Source: Candidatus Saccharimonadota bacterium (GTDB lineage: Bacteria > Patescibacteriota > Saccharimonadia > Saccharimonadales > Saccharimonadaceae). Taken from it: 32,000 bases of DNA. Made by a program: the position numbers and the translations under genes. Below are positions 31,292 to 32,000 of this stretch, piece after piece. Every line of letters begins with the position of its first letter. Within the stretch, counting starts at the first letter, position 1. The notes beneath the pieces were generated by a model. That model saw nothing but the letters and a program-made list of their open reading frames with translations. It made no database searches and had not been told where the DNA came from. The stretch spans positions 270,001 through 302,000 of the forward strand of contig CP011211.1 in the NCBI GenBank assembly GCA_001029695.1. The letters run 5' to 3'.

Positions 31292-32000
31292 TCATACTTT
31301 TTGGGTAGCCCATGTATTCAGCTCGCCAGCAATACGGCCGGTCAATTCGGCGAGTCGCTGCTCCATCTCTTCGAAGTCTAGCTGAAAAACTTGCTCAACC
31401 ATGCCATATAGCGGACGCCCTCGTGTCAGCCCAGTTAGATCAATGCGCGTATCTAGCCCGTAGTGCATCAGTGTATTTCTGAGTGGTTTTTTTGCAGGAT
31501 CAACAATCAAGATAGCGTCTGGATCAGCAAGTAATCCGTCAATATACTGATGAGATTGCAATGTCAAAACCCTCACTTTCTCATCCTTAAGGATACTTAG
31601 ACTGCGCAGTACCTGATAAACGGTAAGATAGCGAAGCTTAAATATAGTTTGCCGAGAGGCTTCGGAGGTATCGAGTCCAAGCAATTGATCGCAAGTGTTT
31701 ATAAGTCCTTGAAAGGTGCTTAGTAGCATATTGATCGTCGGAGTCATCTTACCATTAAACCCATTGCTATACTGGACCACCGAGCGAACATCTTGGTTGG
31801 CAATCCCAGATACATCCATCGCACTGACAAATGATTGAGCCGTCGGATCAGGTACCGCACCTAAATGACGGAAGTACCTTCCGTACTCCTGCGAGATATT
31901 TTTGAGTGTCTCGCCAGTACCGTCGAGAAACAGCTTCTCTGGTGGATGCCCAAGCGTAAAAGTCGTAGCAAACGTTGACGTTATGAGTTGATCTTCATAG
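31292..32000 (-). CDS. hypothetical protein, C-terminal 235 codons (5' end beyond the window), with an RNxxxH HEPN-like motif
   Basis: My own translation shows the frame stays open from 31819 up to position 32000, so the track Met at 31819 is internal. The motif KPLRNTLMHYG lies about 55 aa from the C-terminus. Confidence 0.5.
   Translation of the reverse strand, partial: YEDQLITSTFATTFTLGHPPEKLFLDGTGETLKNISQEYGRYFRHLGAVPDPTAQSFVSAMDVSGIANQDVRSVVQYSNGFNGKMTPTINMLLSTFQGLINTCDQLLGLDTSEASRQTIFKLRYLTVYQVLRSLSILKDEKVRVLTLQSHQYIDGLLADPDAILIVDPAKKPLRNTLMHYGLDTRIDLTGLTRGRPLYGMVEQVFQLDFEEMEQRLAELTGRIAGELNTWATQKV

Noticed and set aside
1-32000. Window-wide search for CRISPR arrays, rRNA, integrase/transposase genes, IS inverted repeats and long tandem repeats.
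   Set aside because: None was seen. There are no regularly spaced direct repeats, no rRNA-like conserved blocks, and no ORF with recombinase (R..H..R..Y, serine recombinase) or DDE hallmarks. The candidate islands therefore cannot be called mobile elements on present evidence.

Overview
The window looks like a compact chromosomal segment of a roughly mid-40s % GC, small-genome bacterium. The gene content, the many overlapping genes and the heavy reliance on nucleotide/NAD salvage are reminiscent of Patescibacteria/Saccharibacteria, but that is inference only.

Recognisable core genes:
- Recombination, envelope and general metabolism: rmuC (5' part), a PAP2 phosphatase, an SDR oxidoreductase, a murF-like Mur ligase and a DUF805 membrane protein.
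- NAD and nucleotide salvage: a pnuC-nadR operon, three NUDIX hydrolases, an HhH protein and a nucleoside-2-deoxyribosyltransferase-like protein.
- Regulation: an ECF sigma / anti-sigma pair.
- Translation and RNA processing: tRNA-Gln(CUG), trmD, a KH-domain protein, rpsP, an rpmF-nusB-NUDIX-rnc overlapping operon and leuS.

No rRNA, CRISPR array, integrase or transposase was seen.

Most interesting accessory content:
1. A 4.2-kb island of five opposite-strand orphan genes sits between the KH gene and trmD, splitting the normally contiguous rpsP-KH-(rimM)-trmD cluster. Its genes have near-consensus or recognisable promoters.
2. A GC3-rich, foreign-looking 235-aa gene is framed by nested palindromes.
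3. The tRNA-Gln locus carries tRNA-derived fragments and a 20-bp direct repeat that brackets a one-gene NUDIX cassette. It lies next to an orphan NADAR and a 2H phosphoesterase gene.
4. A stand-alone dsRBD-like protein.
5. A phage-tailspike-like beta-helix protein lies next to a partial ORF carrying an RNxxxH (HEPN-like) motif.
6. A tandem-hairpin leader precedes the HTH-less nadR-pnuC operon.
7. A recurring extended -10 (TGnTAnnAT) followed by 7 nt and ATG implies many leaderless mRNAs.

All functional calls come from reading motifs in the translations by eye. No database search was possible.
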